The notes: generated by a model from the letters alone, not told the origin. A stretch of DNA of 64,000 bases from Malacoraja senta (GCA_038087875.1 CM075978.1:170004001-170068000); one strand, 5' to 3'. Counted from the stretch's first letter, positions 38,646 through 51,894 are shown. Made by a program: numbers and translations.

Positions 38646-39835
38646 CACATCTCAAAGCAGACCCTTACACATGGGCATCGGTTTCAGCGACTACTCTTTG
38701 ATATGGAAAAGAGAAAGGAACTTTTATATTTCCAAATTGGTACATTTTGTTGAAGTATTGTTCACAAACGAAAGAAGATAAAATTGTGGGAGAGAAATGG
38801 AGTGAATGTTTCGGGTTGAAGAACCTTCATCAGTAATGCATCACTACCTCCATATTAAGTGTTGACCAACTGTGATCAAAGACAAATGTCTAACCCCTCA
38901 CCTTTTTGCCTGCAAGGCATAATTATAATGCACAATGCTATAGAGAGGTTAGCGGAGTCAACCATTTAAGATTATCATTATATTGGATATTAAAAATAAA
39001 TTAGATATTCTCTTTGCTTTCACGGCAAATTTAATTAGCAAGGATCAGATGGAGAGGGCCGAGAGAATGAAAGTAATTTATATTTCTTGCTGGTGTGGTG
39101 GCAAGTCTGACATTGCTGACTTAACTCATTGAGTTGGCCATTTTCCTAGCTGTGCTCGGTTTAACTTGCACTGGATTACATTCACCTCAGTGGTGGGATG
39201 AGGAGGGTAAATGAGCAGGGCTATGGTCCTCTTTGGCAGCTTCTACACTGTCACACATTGGGGCAGCACAGTGGTGCAGTGGTAGAGTTGCTGCCTTACA
39301 GCGCCAGAGACCCGGGTTCTATTCTGACTACAATGATGCCATCCACACTGTACAGATAATGTTTAGTGTAAGATAAAGTCCGATTAATGATAATTCAAAG
39401 GTTTCCAATGAGATTGATGCTAGGTCAGGACTGCTGTCAAGCTGATGAGAGGACGGTTCAGTTGCCTGGTAACAGCTGGGAAGAAACAGTCCCTGAATCT
39501 GGAGGTCTGCGCTTTCAGACTTATGTACTTCTTGCCTGATGGGAGAGGGAAGGAGTGACCGGGTGAGACTGGTCCTTGTTTATGCTGCTGGCCTTGCCGA
39601 GGCAGCGTGAAGTGTGGAGGGAGTCAATGGAAGAGAGGGTGGTTTGTGTGATGGTCTGGGCTGCATCCACAACTCTCTACAGCTTCTTGGTTGGAGCTGT
39701 TCCCAAACCACTCCGTGATGCATCCCGATAAAATGCTTTCCACAGCGCATCTGTAGGAGTTGGTGAGAGTTTTTTTTCAGTTCTTTGCCACTACTTCTCT
39801 CGCATAAAACACTGCTTGTATTTCTCCTTGTACAG

Positions 39836-40060
39836 TGCTCAGTGTCCTGTGGTCCCGGCCTACAAAAACGAGAGCTAAAGTGCAGTGAGAAAAGTGTGTC
39901 CGGCAAGTACGTCCCTTTCCCCCAGCGGAGATGTCGCCATCTGCCCAAAGCGAAGGTTGATCTCGAACGAGCTTGTAACCTGGGCGCATGTCCCAATCCC
40001 GCCATGAACCAAATCCTCAACAACGCGGCACCAGCCTGGTATGCATCACCATGGCAACAG
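39836..40060 (+). CDS. ADAMTS18: ADAMTS18-like TSP1 exon (CSVSCGPGLQKRELKCSEK...WYASPWQQ)
   Basis: TACAG acceptor ending at 39835, CAG|GTAGGA donor at 40061, 225 nt, phase 0 to 0. Confidence 0.92.
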
Positions 40061-41132
40061 GTAGGATTATGATTCGGGTGTGGGATACGATACGATACGA
40101 TAGAACTTTATTTATCCCAGGAGGGAAATTGGTCTGCCTATAGTCATAAAACACAACAAGATAGAAACATAGAAAATAGGTGCAAAAGTAGGCCATTCGG
40201 CCCTTCGAGCCCGCACTGCCATTCAATATGATCCAAAATCAGTACCCTGTTCCTGCTTTTTTCCCATATCCCTTGATTCCGTTAGCTACATAAAGATAAG
40301 ATAACTGCTATCTTATAAGATAACAATAAGATACATGAAACATGAAATTAAAGTGACGAGTGGAAAGTCCAGGATTTGGGATGTGCAAAGTTTGGGGTAG
40401 CGGGGAGGTGGGGGGGGGGGGGGGGGGGGTTTAGGAGAAGGGGAGACAATCAACCCCACACCAGAAGGGGGAGGAGCTGTATAATTTGATAGCCACAGGG
40501 AAAAAAGGATCTCCTGTGGCGTTCTGTGCTGCATCTTGGTGGAACCAGTCTGTGGCTGAAGGTGCTCCTCAAGTTGACCAGTGTGTAATGCTGAGCAATT
40601 AGATGGTGTGGCACTGTTTATTCAGCCCCTTGTAACTGAATAGTGTTGTCATTTGCAGTAGATGGTGCTGGAGACTATTTACATTTTAGAAATGTAAAAC
40701 AAAGAACAGAACATGCCCTGAAGAAGCGCCCCAACCCAAAATGTCCCACCCATGTTGTCCAGAGATGCTGCCTGACCTACTGAATTACCCCAACACTTCG
40801 TGTCTATCTTTGACAAGAACAGACCCTTCGGCTCACAATATCTGCCCCAAACATGATGCCAATCGACATGAACATATTCCATATCAATCCATTCCCTGCC
40901 TATCCATGTGCCTTTCCAAAGTCTCTTAAACGCCAGTATCGCATCTGCCTTAACCAGCCCCCTGGCATCGTATTCCAGGCTCTCACTACTCTCTGTATAA
41001 TAGAAACTTGCTCTGCACATCTCCTTTAAACTTTACCCCTCTCACCTTAAGTGCCCTCTGATCACAATTTGAATAACTTCCCTTCAACAGTATACTTCAC
41101 TGCATATAAAGATATAAACAATATACTTGACT

Positions 41133-41432
41133 GAACCAGGGGCCACAGTTGAAGAATAATGGGTAGGCCATTTAGAACTGAGATGAGGAAAAACGTTTTC
41201 ACGCAGTGAGTTGTGAATTTGTGGAATTGTCTGCCTCAGGAGGCATTGGAGGCCGATTCACTGGATGCATTCAGACGAGAGCTAGATAGAGCTCTTAAGG
41301 CTTGCGTAATCAAGGAATATGGGGGGAAGGCAGGAACGGGGTACAGATTGTGGATGATCTGCCATGATCACATTGAATGGCGGTGCTGGCTCGAAGGGCC
41401 GAATTGCCTACTCCTGCACCTATTGTCTATGT
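41133..41432 (+). mobile_element. CR1-clade LINE 3' end
   Basis: Closely similar to 3057-3360. Confidence 0.85.
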
Positions 41433-42020
41433 ATCTATTTTTTCTTAGATGCAAGCCGATTATAGAATGGTAAAGCATGGCAATGAACTGCAAATAAGGG
41501 GATTCTTTAGCTAAAGGGCACAGGTTTAAGGTTAGAGGGGAAATAATTAAAGAAGCAACTTTTTCACATAGAGGGCAGTGGGTGCACGGGACAAGCTGCC
41601 AGAGGAGGTAGTTGACGCTGGTACAATAAAAACATTTAGTGTCACAGAGTCATACAGTGCAGAAACAATTCCTTCGGCCCAACTTGCCCATGCTGACCAA
41701 GATGCCTCTATGCTAGTCCCACCTGCCCGCATTTGCCTCACATCCCTCTAAACCTTTCCTATCCATGTACCTGACCAAATGTCTTTTAAATGTAGATGGG
41801 CTAACTTGGTAGAGTTGGGCCGAAGGGCCTGTTTCCGTGGTGTAAGACTTGATCGAGTCGAAGCATGTTGATGATTTTAATTTTGACGCTCCTATCATAT
41901 GGAAGATGAAAGGCTGTCTGTTTCGGTGTCACTGAGAAGGAAAAACAGACAAGAAGGGTGAAATTTAAAAAAAAAAGAAAAAAAAAGAAGGGTGAAATAA
42001 TTCCTTTCTTTCCCGTGCAG

Positions 42021-42165
42021 TGTACAGTCACGTGCGGAGGAGGAGTCCAGATCCGCACCATACACTGTCTACGACAGGGGAGACCCTCGGTGGGATGTCA
42101 CGGACACCAGAAACCAGCAGTGTCGAGAGCTTGCAATACAATCTTCTGTCCATCACCCAGGAAAG
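42021..42165 (+). CDS. ADAMTS18: ADAMTS18-like last TSP1 exon (CTVTCGGGVQIR...CNTIFCPSPRK)
   Basis: TGCAG acceptor ending at 42020, G|GTTAGT donor at 42166, 145 nt, phase 0 to 1. Confidence 0.93.
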
Positions 42166-42397
42166 GTTAGTACCCTCAGGTCTAGTCACCTCGATCTGCT
42201 TTGCAATGCTTTGAATGCAGAATTAACGATGGTGAATACAGGAGTGAGTGGGTGATAGAGTGGGTCTTTTACCCACGGTAGAGGAATCAAAAAACAGAAC
42301 AGTGGTTGAAGGTGAGAGGGGCAAGATTTAATATAAACTTGAAGGGAAACTTGTTCACTCTTGAGGGTGGTTGGTATAAGGAACATACTACCAGAGG

Positions 42398-42612
42398 TAG
42401 ACAAAAATGCTGGAGAAACTCAGCGGGTGAGACAGCATCCATGGAGAGAAGGAATATGTGACGTTTCGGGTCGAGACCCTTCTTCAGACTGAAGAAGGGT
42501 CTCGATCCAAAATGGCACCTATTCCTTCTCTCCATAGATGCTGCCGCACCCGCTGAGTTTCTCCAGCATTTTGTCTACCTTCGATTTTTCCGGCATCTGC
42601 AGTTCTTTCTTA
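42398..42612. mobile_element. Palindromic Penelope-derived mini-element with 16-bp TSD
   Basis: Two inverted arms meeting at CTTCTTCAGACTGAAGAAG; TSD AACATACTACCAGAGG at 42382-42397 and 42613-42628. Confidence 0.85.
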
Positions 42613-43044
42613 AACATACTACCAGAGGAGTTAATTGAGGCGGATATCAATTCAGCATTTAAAAGACATTTGGGCAGGTACATGGAGAGGAAAGATTTAA
42701 AGGGGTATGGGGCAAATGCGGTTAGGTGGGACTTGCTTAGATTGGAGATGGTGGTCGGCACGGACGAATTGAGCCGGTCTCCTAACTCAGCTCCCCTGTA
42801 GTCCTTCTATCAGGGAGGTTGTGGGGCTGATTTGGACATGGGTTAGTGGTTCTTTTTTCACCCCTTGTAAAGATTGACTTACCTAGTAGGTATCTTGCTG
42901 ACATCTGGTCGGACAAGAAGGACAAATGATGAAGAACCAGTTGGTTCTACTAATACAAGGACTCTGAAACATGAAGGGCAAGGGACCCTTTGGCTCTTGT
43001 GGCTTTTAACCTTTGCTGATGTGTATTTTCTTCTCCCATCGTAG

Positions 43045-43160
43045 ATCTCAACTGTGTCGACTACTTTAGTTGGTGCCACCTGGTTCCACAACATGGGCTC
43101 TGCAGCCACAAGTTCTACGGCAAGCAATGCTGCAAGTCCTGCAGCAAAATCAACCGATAG
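43045..43160 (+). CDS. ADAMTS18: ADAMTS18-like terminal coding exon, PLAC domain (DLNCVDYFSWCHLVPQHGLCSHKFYGKQCCKSCSKINR*)
   Basis: TAG acceptor ending at 43044; the phase-1 junction makes GAT (Asp). Six-cysteine PLAC motif; TAG stop at 43158-43160 followed at once by TGA. This frame is not in the ORF track. Confidence 0.93.
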
Positions 43161-45434
43161 TGACCGGCGTCTTCGCCACCACGATCACCTTGACCTTCTC
43201 CCCTCACTCCCTTTCCCCACAGATCACCCACCCCAACATGATTATTTATTAGCCGCTGTCAAGGAGGTTTTGTAGTCGTTCGCTCAGGGTGGTTCAGCGC
43301 AGACTTGGACAAAGGCTTAGTGGGTCTTTTTTCAACCCCCCACCCCCCAAAAAGATTGACAGACTGTTGGCATCTGGTAGGACAAGGACAAACAATGAAG
43401 ACGCATTGGTTCTACAAGACTTTGAAACTTTGAAAAGTGTTTGCCAGCCAGTCTTGCTCTTGTTGATGGAAAATTATCCTGCTGGATAAATTTAATCCTG
43501 GTCAGCGTGGAGAGTCTAGGTATATAAATATATATATAAATTGTCGAATTTTTTGTTTGTAAGAAGTATTAACAGTTTGTGTGGTCTGCATTTGATTGTT
43601 TTCATATGTTTACACCTCTGGGTATGTGTGTGTGTCTGTATGTGTGAGAGTGTGGGGATATTATATTAAAACAGTGCCCATTAACTGCTATTGCTTCACG
43701 AGAGAGCAAGGACAATGCACTTACCGATGGAAGGAGTATGATTGTCTATGATAGAATATCAAGCGCAGCGTTTAAGACTTTGTGGTGCTAATATCCAGCC
43801 AGACATTCAGTCAGGCTGTAACAAACTGCATTGTAGACCTTATTGTTCATGTACTATCGAAGGCTTCATCCACCAAACAATCTGTTTGTGTTTCTTTGAT
43901 AAAGTCGAAGAGAGAAAGGCATGTATTTTTAAAGGACATTTTGTCAGAGGGATCCTGGCGTTCTGGGGTGGGAGAAGCGAGGAATTTTAACAACCCCACG
44001 TGCTTGCTAATTGAAACTTTGAATTTTGCTAATTTGAGAATTGCTCTCTGCAAATAAATGCTGGAGGCCGGTTGTCACTGGCAATGGTGGCATCATTAGG
44101 TAGGTAATCATACAGGGTGGTAGGAGTCCATTCAGCCCACCATGGCTGTGCTGGACATCTGAAAGGGCTGATTTTAGACCTGCCCGGTGCATCATCTACA
44201 TAACATAGGGACAACTCAGACTGTGAATGATCCCAGTGTTTCATCTGGTGAACTTATTATTTAACTTAATTCTCCACCCTTACTTCCTCCACATCCTAAT
44301 AAGGAAATAAACATAACTAGTACATAGGATGTGAATAGCAATGGACACAAGGCTCTTCGAAACAAATAGAGTTTAGACTTTAGAGATACAGCACGAAAAC
44401 AGGCCCTTCGGCCCACCGAGTCCATGACTGCCATCGATAACCCGTACACTAGTTCAATCCTACACACTAAGGACAATTTACAGAAGCCAATAAACCTACA
44501 AACCTGCACGTCTTTCGAATGTGCGAGGAAACCAGAGCACCCGGACAAAACCCACTTGGTCACAGGGAGAGCGTACAAACTCCGTACAGACAGCAGCCGT
44601 AGTTAGGATCAAACCCGGGTCACTGCCGCTATAAGGCAGCAACTGCGCCACTGTGCCACCCTATATGTTATGGACAAAAGACAAGCACAAAAAGCTGGAA
44701 TAACTTAGCGCATCATGCAGCATCTCTGGAGAACATGGATAGGTGACGTTTTGAGTCTGACTCTTCCTCAGAGTTATAGACCTCATGCCTTGTCCCTTCT
44801 AAGAGTTGGATGGTAGAAGTGTGTCCAACAGTACAAAAGTCAACAGATTTCACTAGCAACATGTTCTATGACGATGAATCAGGGCCAAACTCGGTAAAGA
44901 CTCTTTCGGTGAAACATTTTGTAATGGCCGCACATCTGCTTCCATTGGCCTTCCACTGGAGAATAACATTAGACTTCAAAACGTTGATAGAGGCAGACCA
45001 AATTTTCTTCCAAGATTAACATTTCAAACGTAGAACAGTACAGCACAGAAACGGGCCACTCAGCCCACAATGTTTGTGCCAAGTTAAACTGATTCATCTG
45101 CCTGTACACAATGCATATGCCTCTATTCCCTGCACTTCCAGGTGTCTATCTAAAAGCCTGTTAAACGGCACTATCGTATCTGCCTCCTCCACCACCCCTC
45201 GCGATGTGTTCCTGTCCCCCACCGATTTCTGTGTAAAAAAACTTGCACTGTACATTTCCTTTAAACTTTCACCCTCTCATCTTAAAGTTCTGCCCTCTAG
45301 TGGTGGACATTTCCACCTGGGGAAACAGTTCCAACTGTCTACCCTATCTGTGTCTCATAATTTTATTCACTTCATAATTTCATATAATCCTACACATACA
45401 AAAGAATTCATCAAAGCACAAACCAGTACCTTTA

Positions 45435-45665
45435 GGTACACAAAAATGCTGGAGAAACTCAGCGGGTGCAGCAGCATCTATGGAGCGAAGGAAATAGGCA
45501 ACGTTTCGGGCCGAAACCCTTCTTCAGACTGATAGGGGGTGGGGAGAAGAAAGGAAAAAAGGAAAAAGGCGGAGGAGGAGCCTGAGGGCTGGGGGAAGGG
45601 AGGAGACAACCAGAGGGCTGATGAAGGGGAGGGGACAGCAGGGGCTAGCAGAATTGGGAGAATTC
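45435..45665 (-). mobile_element. Single Penelope terminal-repeat insertion with 14-bp TSD
   Basis: TSD AACCAGTACCTTTA at 45421-45434 and 45666-45679; hammerhead-like core at 45499-45527 on the minus strand. Confidence 0.82.
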
Positions 45666-46260
45666 AACCAGTACCTTTATCTTGCCTCATCTTCATCAAC
45701 CCAGTGCCTGTAGAATTGTCAATTGCTTGAATACGTTTTTTTGCAGGTTCCATCAAATGATACGATACATTTAAGAGGCTTTTAGATAAGCCCAGGGATA
45801 TGCAGGGAATGGACATGGATCACATGCAAACAATGATTAGTTTGCATTGACACGATCGGCATGGACTTTGTGGGCCGATGGCCAAATATTCCTGGCTCCC
45901 CACATTCAGTCTGAAGAACAGTCCCAACGTGAAGCATCACCTATCCATGTTCTCCAGAGAAACTGCCTGACGCGCTGAATTAATCCAGCACTTCCTGTTT
46001 TTGTTTGTAAAATCTAGACACAAAAAGCTGGAGTAACTCAGCGGGTCAGGCAACATATCTGGAAAAAATGAATAGATGACGTTTCGGGTTGGGACCCTTC
46101 CTGCATCTGCAGTTCCTTGTGTCTTCATGGGGAATAACACATTTAGTTTTATTCTGCCTGATTTCCAGAAGCTCATTTATATATTATGTCTCTGATTGTT
46201 GGGTTAGTAGACCTTCCTAAACAAAATATTTTATTATTATTACTTCTTGTACATTTTTAA

Positions 46261-46440
46261 TTTATTAATAAATTCATGTAGTGGGTTTTCCGATGTACAA
46301 GCAAAGCAGGAATGGAAGATTATTGTGATGGTTACATTATTGAGAGAGGCTGTAGTTTGCTCTTTGTGTGTGCATTAATACTGTAAGTATTATTTAAATT
46401 TTTGTAAATCTTTTTGTAATAAAATTCATTCACACGTTAA
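46261..46440 (+). terminator. Probable polyadenylation region of the ADAMTS gene (implies a 3' UTR of about 3.3 kb)
   Basis: AATAAA at 46267-46272 and 46418-46423 in AT-rich unique sequence with upstream TGTA motifs. More proximal AATAAA at 44053 and 44306 are alternatives. Confidence 0.5.
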
Positions 46441-49400
46441 CGCACGTTATGAAAGGAATGATGTTAGGGTGTGATGCAGGAATCCTGGTTGAGTGCACTT
46501 TGCATCTAATCCTCTTACATTTGAAAGATACATCATGGAAACAGGCCCTTCGGCCCACGCCAACTATCGATCACCTGTTCACAATAGTTTATGTTATTTC
46601 ACTTTCTCATCTACTCCCTATACACTAGGGACAGATTGCAGCAGGCCAATTGCTGCAAATCCCACATGCATTGTGATGTGGGAGGAAACACAAAGGGTGG
46701 GACAAGCTGCCAGAGGAGGTACTTGAGGCAGGGACTATCCCAAATTTTAAGAAACAGTTAGACAGGTACATGGATAGGACAAGTTTGGATGGATATAGAC
46801 CGAATATGGCCAAGTGGGACTAGTGTAGCTGGGACATGTTGGCCGGTGTGGGCACGTTGGGCCGAAGAGCCTGTTTCCATGCTGTACACTCTATGACTCT
46901 ATGAAACCGGAGCACCATGCGGTCATGAAGAGAACATGCAAACTCTACACAGGTCAGGATCGAAACCGGGTCTCCAGCGCTGTGAGGCAGCAGCACTACC
47001 AGCTGTGCCACCGTGCTGCTATAGTAACAATAATGGAAAGACTATGTTTCTAGTGAGTCTGCTCCACCGTTCACTAAAATCTTGGCCTCGCACCATTTTC
47101 CTGCCTCTTCCCCTCAACCCACAAATCCAAAACCTTGTCTGCTCCACGCTTGGAAATTTTCAAAGATTCCACCTCCACAACTCACTGGCAAGGAGAATTG
47201 CAAATATGCATGATCTACTGAATGAAGGATTCCTCCATCTTGAATGACCAACCTCTTGTTCTGAGATCATGTCTCTGCTTCAAGATGCCAGAACTGAGAT
47301 ATTGTTCAAAGCTGATGCTACAGTCATCTGGTGCTACGTTGTCATCACAAGGTATCGACGGATGTCAGGAAGTCAATTTAACTCTGTCCAACCCTTTTCA
47401 CCCTGTGATAGACACAACATGCACAGTGGGGCAGGCAGCATCTCTGGAGAACATCAGTATGTGACATTTCAGGTTCAGGACCCTTCTTCCTGACCCGAAT
47501 CGTTATCTATCCATTTTCTCCAGAGATGCTGCCTGACTCGCTGAGTTACTCCAGCATTTTGTGTCTATCTTTGGTATAAAGCAGCATCTGTAGTTCCTTT
47601 ATATTATCCATTTTCCCAATCCCTGAACTTCTGGAGTTTACTTTTATTAAATTATTCTCGTGTATTAACCTCACTTTTCATCCATTTATGAAGATAGATA
47701 TAGGTCCAGATGTTGGTTTATGAAAAGAGACACTAATTCTGAAGAAGGTTCCTGACCTGAAATATCACCAATCCATGACATCCAGAGATGGTGCGTGACC
47801 TGCTGTTACTACAGCACTTTGAGCACAACCTACTGCCTGCCTCAATCGTTGCCTTTAGTATAGTATTACACTTAAAAAATATACAGGTTTTGGGCCATCC
47901 CAATGTTGAAAGGCATGAGGCAAGTTAAAGGTGGTTTGTAAAGTGGAGATTGACAGATTCTTGGTTAGTAAGGGAGTCAAGGGTCCTGGGGCAAAAGCAG
48001 GCGAATGGGGTTGAGAGGGAACGATAGATCAGCCGAGAGTGAATAGCTGAGTAGACTTGATGGCCCAAATGGCCTAATTCATATTAAAACGTATGAACTA
48101 AAGCTCTGATGTGTTGCTGCTGACAATACAACAGATGCCTTTGATCATTCTAAGTAATGGATCCCCGCTACTTTCTTTGCTGTTTGCTTGTGGCTTTTGC
48201 TGTGGTGTATGTACTCCGTGTTGGGTTTAGTTCAGTTTAGTTCCAGCATGGAAACTGGTCCTTTGGCCAACTGAGTGCACGCCGACCAGCGATCACCCGT
48301 ACACTAGCACTATCCTACACACTAGGGACAAGTTACAGAAGCCAATGAACCTACAAATTGACATGTCTTTGTGATGTGAGAGGAAACCGGAGCACCCGGA
48401 GAAAACCCACGTGGTCACAGGGAGAACGTGCAAACACTGCACAGCAAGCACCAGTGGTCAGGCTCGAACCCGGGTATCTGGTGCTGTAAGGCAGCCACTC
48501 TACCTCTGCGCCACTGTGCCGCCCCATGTTCATGTATGTAACTCACCCAGTCTTGTTCTGCGAACGTAATGGCACTTAAACAGTGAATACTGATTCCCAT
48601 CCCTTTTTAAGTGTCAATAAGTTGTTAATTTTAAATTACTTTGATGAAGTTTGTGCCCACAACACATTAAAAAAATAATTTGCTTCTTTTTATTACTTGC
48701 CTGGGCAGAGTAATCCCTGCTGGAGATATCGGATGAGATTTTATTCATCGTGTGCATGGAATATAAATGTGTGAATATTTCAATTGCTCTTTGAGCTCTT
48801 ACAAAACTATTTCTTGATCCTGTAAATTGCCTTTCAAAAGGCCTCTGCTGCAGAAGCAAGTTAGTTACAACTACAAGGGTATTAATAATGCCTTGGCATC
48901 ATAGCTACTGGAGAACAGAGGTATCTAAAAGTAGAGGGCTAATATTTAGAGTAAGTGGAAAGAAGCTCAGAGAGAGAATATGGGGAAGAATATATATTTT
49001 TTTAATCTAGAGGGCGATTGGCAACTGGAGTACAAAGCCTTGCAGCGCCAGAGACTCAGGTTCGATCCCGATCTCAGGGACTGTCTGTGTGGAGTTTGCA
49101 CATTCTCTCTGTGACCTCATGGGTTTCCTCCGGGTGCTCTGGATACCCCCCACATTCCAAAGATGTACTTGTTTAGATAGTTCTTAAATGCTGTAAGAAT
49201 ACCTAACTCTATCACCCACTCAGGCATGTTTAGTTTAGTTTAGAGGTATAACAGAGAAACAGGCCAATTGGCCCACTGTGTCCATGCTGACCAGTTTTTA
49301 GGTTTTGGCCTCTGTAAATTACCCCTAGTGTGTAGGATGCGAAACTGGGATAACATAGAACCAATGAATGGATGACCATTGGTCACTCTTGGCCTTCTTT

Positions 49401-51894
49401 ACCTTGATGTACAACAGAGGCCTGACTGAAACAGAGGCAGGCAGTCAATGTAATTTACAAAATTGTTTGAATGGAGCTGCACTGAAATGAGACCATTCGT
49501 CCCAAAGGGTCTGGGCCATCCCTTTCTATGAGAAATCCCGTTGATCCAATTCTGCTATTCCTGTTGACTCAGAGTTTAGTTTAGCTTAGAGATAAAATGT
49601 GGAAACAGGCCCTTCAGCCCACCGAATGCGAGCTGACCAGTAACCCCCATTCACAAGCAATATCCCACACAATTTACAATTTTTACTGAAGCTAATTGAC
49701 CTATAAAACTTTGGAGCGTGGAAGGAGACCGGAGCACATGGACAAAGCCCATGCAGTCACAGGTAGATTGTACAAAATCTATAAAGACAATACCCGGGTC
49801 TCTGGCGCTATAAGGCAGCAACTCTACCGCTGCGCCACTGTGCCACCCAGCACCATGACACCCTCTAGAGCAGTTTGCTTCAGGATGTAATAAAATATTG
49901 TTCTCTCACAAGCCGAGTGATCTCCTGTTCCTGTGATTGATAGAAAGTGCTGGAGTAATTCAGCGGGTCAGGTAGCATCTCTGGAGAACAATGGATAGGT
50001 GACGAAGAGTCCCGACCCACAAATGTCACCCATCCATGTTCTCCATAGGTGCTGCCAGCATTTTGTGTCTATCATTGGTATAAACCAGCATCTGCAGTTC
50101 CTTCGGATTACCTCCTTGCCCTGTGCTTGGAGCTGACCACTGCAAGATGGGACAATCACTCTGCACGAGAACGTGGATGATCGGAGGGGGCAGCCCCATG
50201 CAACCTCTGGAAGCAAGTCTGACAACACAGATGGTTTACACGCGTCCCTACAGGCTTTGTTGGCTGAGCAGTGTGTGCTGATTCCGGGCCAAGTCAACAG
50301 TTACAGAAGGAACTGCAGATGTTGGTTTACGCCGAAGATAGACACAAAAAGGAGGAGTAACTCAGCGGGTCAGATAGCATCCCCCCACCCTTTGTCAGAC
50401 ACTAACCCCCGTCAAGTTATCTTCTGGCCACGATGTGCAAGGTGAATCTCCCTCACCACCAGCAAAAATGACACACCTCAGAGAACATCATCATTTTGCA
50501 CCACCCCCTCTTCCCCCCCACCGGATATCTATTCCATGAAAAGAGACGTGACATTCTACTGCTCATATCTTAATATGCATTGTCGCAATCCCCCATATTG
50601 AACATAGAACAGTACAGTACAGGAACAAAGCCTTCACTGGTGCAATGGTTCAGTGGTTCTATATTGTCATGAATGCACAGCACAGTTAAATTCTTTTGCT
50701 CAACTCACAAATGCGCAGTTGCCATATTTTGGTGCCAAGAGAAAGAAACAGTCCAAAGTCCACATGTTGGATGTACTGGAACATCTCCGATCCAGGTAAG
50801 CCTAGGTAAGCCCCAGGCTGCTGCAGAGCCTCCTCCGTCACCCTCGACTGGCTCGGCCTGCGAACCCATGTCCCTCTCCTCGCCCAACTGCCTCGGTGTA
50901 CCAGGGGTGCAGCCGACCTTGAAGTTGCTGGAGGCAACGCCCCGGTCCTTCTCCTACCGGCCCACTCCTCACGTCCACCGCCGCCAACAGCTCCCTCCTC
51001 GATACTCTGGTCATCGGGGCTTCCAAGCTCCCTCTGGCAGGCAGTAGCCCACAGGGCAACCAGACCATGAGGACACCCTGGGTCTACGTTCTCGTTGGCC
51101 GCCAAGGTCCATCCTTGTTCTCAGTCTGTGCCAAACATGTTGCCACGTTTACCTTATCTCCCCTGCCTGCATCTGATCCACATCCTGCCATTCCCTGCAT
51201 ATCCATGTGCCTATCGCAAATTGCATTGTGCATTGCTAGTACACATGACACTTAAACACTCTTGACTCCTAATAGCTCTTGAGAAGGTGGTGATGTACCA
51301 ACTTCTTGAACGGCATTATTCCTAGAAATTAATTGCTTTAAAACAGAAGGAAAACCAGTTTATAATTTTGCAATAACAGTGGCAATTCGCCGCACGCACC
51401 CTTGCTTTAGCGGAAACTCCCCTTTTGCCATCTCAGACTGAACCTCAAATGGACTGAGGTGAAATATTTGCCATTTTCAATCTGAACCACCAGATGGTGC
51501 ACATGGGCTGCAATTAAACTGGTATCAGTTACAAATATCCTTATTTTTAACAAATAATGTAGATTTCTTTTGAGACATAGAGTCATTGCCAACCAAAATC
51601 CCCCATCTACTCCAGTCCCACCTACCCATGTTAGGCCCTCTAAATCTTCCCTATCCATGTATCCGTCCAAGTGTATTTTAAATGTCCTCATAGTACCTGC
51701 TACTTCCTCCAGCAGCTCGCTCCATGTACCCACCACCCCCGGTGGAAAACAGTTGTCCATCAGGTTCCTATTAAATATTTACCCTCTCACCTTAACCCAT
51801 ATCCTCTGGTTCTTGACTCCTTACTATGGGTACAACAAATTCTGTGTATTCACCCCCATCTATTACCCTCAGGATCCAATACACCTCTATAACA

